Assembly: GCA_951406725.2 (NCBI GenBank)
Contig: OX597830.1
Coordinates: 55,800,001 to 55,864,000, forward strand
Length of the DNA: 64,000 nt
DNA from: Octopus vulgaris
Taxonomy: Eukaryota
Reading direction: 5' to 3'
Shown: positions 62,900 to 64,000 of the stretch, in pieces
How the letters are laid out: every line of letters starts with the position of its first letter
Numbering within the stretch: position 1 is the stretch's first letter
The notes under the pieces: generated by a model
The model's database searches: none
Seen by the model: the letters and a program-made list of their open reading frames with translations, nothing else
Told to the model about the DNA's origin: nothing
Program-made: the position numbers and the translations under genes

Positions 62900-64000
62900 T
62901 AGGGATTTTGTTGACTACTGCACAGTATAGTAGGGTCAGTTGGGCACCATCAGTGAGAAAAACAGCACCATAACACAATTCTCTTTGCCAAAAATTTGGA
63001 AATGACCTGCTGCATTGCTTGGCATTCACACTAGAAGTTCCAAAACAAACATTTCCGAGTGTTTGGGTGTCAATCTGAGGACAGTGCAGAGGATTCAGAA
63101 TGAGTCGAATGAGCCAAATGGTGATTACGAAACTACAGCAGCTCAGAAAACTCACACTGATTGTTCTGATAAGAAAAGAACTCCTTATACCTACATTCAT
63201 CTTCCCACACGGCTTCAGTCTCAACACGGGGGCCTACATCAAGTGCCTGAAGGAGAGAGTGCTGCCCTGGGTCAAGAGGGTGGCTGCTGGAAGACCCTAT
63301 GTCTGGCAACAAGACTCTGTACCATACCACACAAGCAGGAGAATCCAGTCATGACTCTCCACATTGACAAAAACTCTGTTGTTTTGTGCCTCGTAAAAAG
63401 CACCCAGTTCATGTCCAAAAGTGGTTGACATTAGAAAGAGCATCCTGTCATAGAAACCATGTCAAATCAGACCTTGCAGGTGCTGGTGCCACATAAAAAG
63501 CCCCTAGTCCACTCTGTAAAGGGGTTGGTAATAGGAAGGGAATCCAGTTGCAAAAATAAATAGTAGAGTATGGTGCAATCTTCTGACTTGTCAGCTCCTG
63601 TCAAACTGTCCAACCCATGTCAGCATGGAAAGCGAATACTAAATGATGAGGATGATGGTACTGATGAAATTGTGTGTGTGTGTCTGACTAAAACAAGTAT
63701 AGGATGTTACACAAGCACTCATCTTCCCATGTGGCTTCAGATTCAACACGGGGGCCTACATCAAGTGCCTGGAGGAGAGAGTGCTGCCCTGGGTCAAGAG
63801 GGAGGCTGCTGGAAGACCCTATGTCTGGCAACAGGACTCTGCACCATGCCACACAAGCAAGAGAACCCAGTCATGGCTGTCAGACAATTTTTGCAACCAC
63901 ATCACCTCTAACATCTGACCCACCCCCTAACTCCCCAGACTGCAATCCCCTTGATTATTACAGGTGGAGCGTAGTTGAATGAGAGACCAACAAAACTCTT
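62900..64000 (+). mobile_element. Tc1/mariner remnants with an embedded SINE-B fragment
   Basis: ISECLGVNLRTVQRI HTH, RPYVWQQDS, PPNSPDCNPLDYY. Confidence 0.7.

Overview
AT-rich, microsatellite- and SINE-dense animal genomic DNA. The repeat landscape suggests an octopod cephalopod (inference). Two convergent spliced genes were reconstructed by hand with GT-AG introns and consistent phases. (1) A complete 13-exon, single-domain angiotensin-converting-enzyme-like M2 metallopeptidase on + (ATG 4427 to stop 43134, about 631 aa), with a signal peptide, HEMGH and EAVGD zinc ligands, and a C-terminal hydrophobic tail with no cytoplasmic domain (GPI-like). (2) The last four coding exons of the spliceosomal helicase PRP16/DHX38 on - (61429 to 49967). 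The remainder is SINEs, LINE remnants (CR1/L2-like, RTE, R4/Dong-like), two decayed Penelope-like elements (PLEs), mariner/Tc1 relics, MITEs and non-autonomous Helitrons. The most unusual signal is a dense set of more than ten short non-coding inserts in (TA)n/(AAT)n tracts. They form long, near-perfect palindromes and/or carry hammerhead-ribozyme cores (CUGANGA - stem II - GAAAC - palindrome - GUH), several with very long stem II. They look like PLE terminal-repeat mini-elements. Local inverted duplications also bracket exons of both genes. Almost all ORFs in the supplied track are microsatellite or SINE artefacts.
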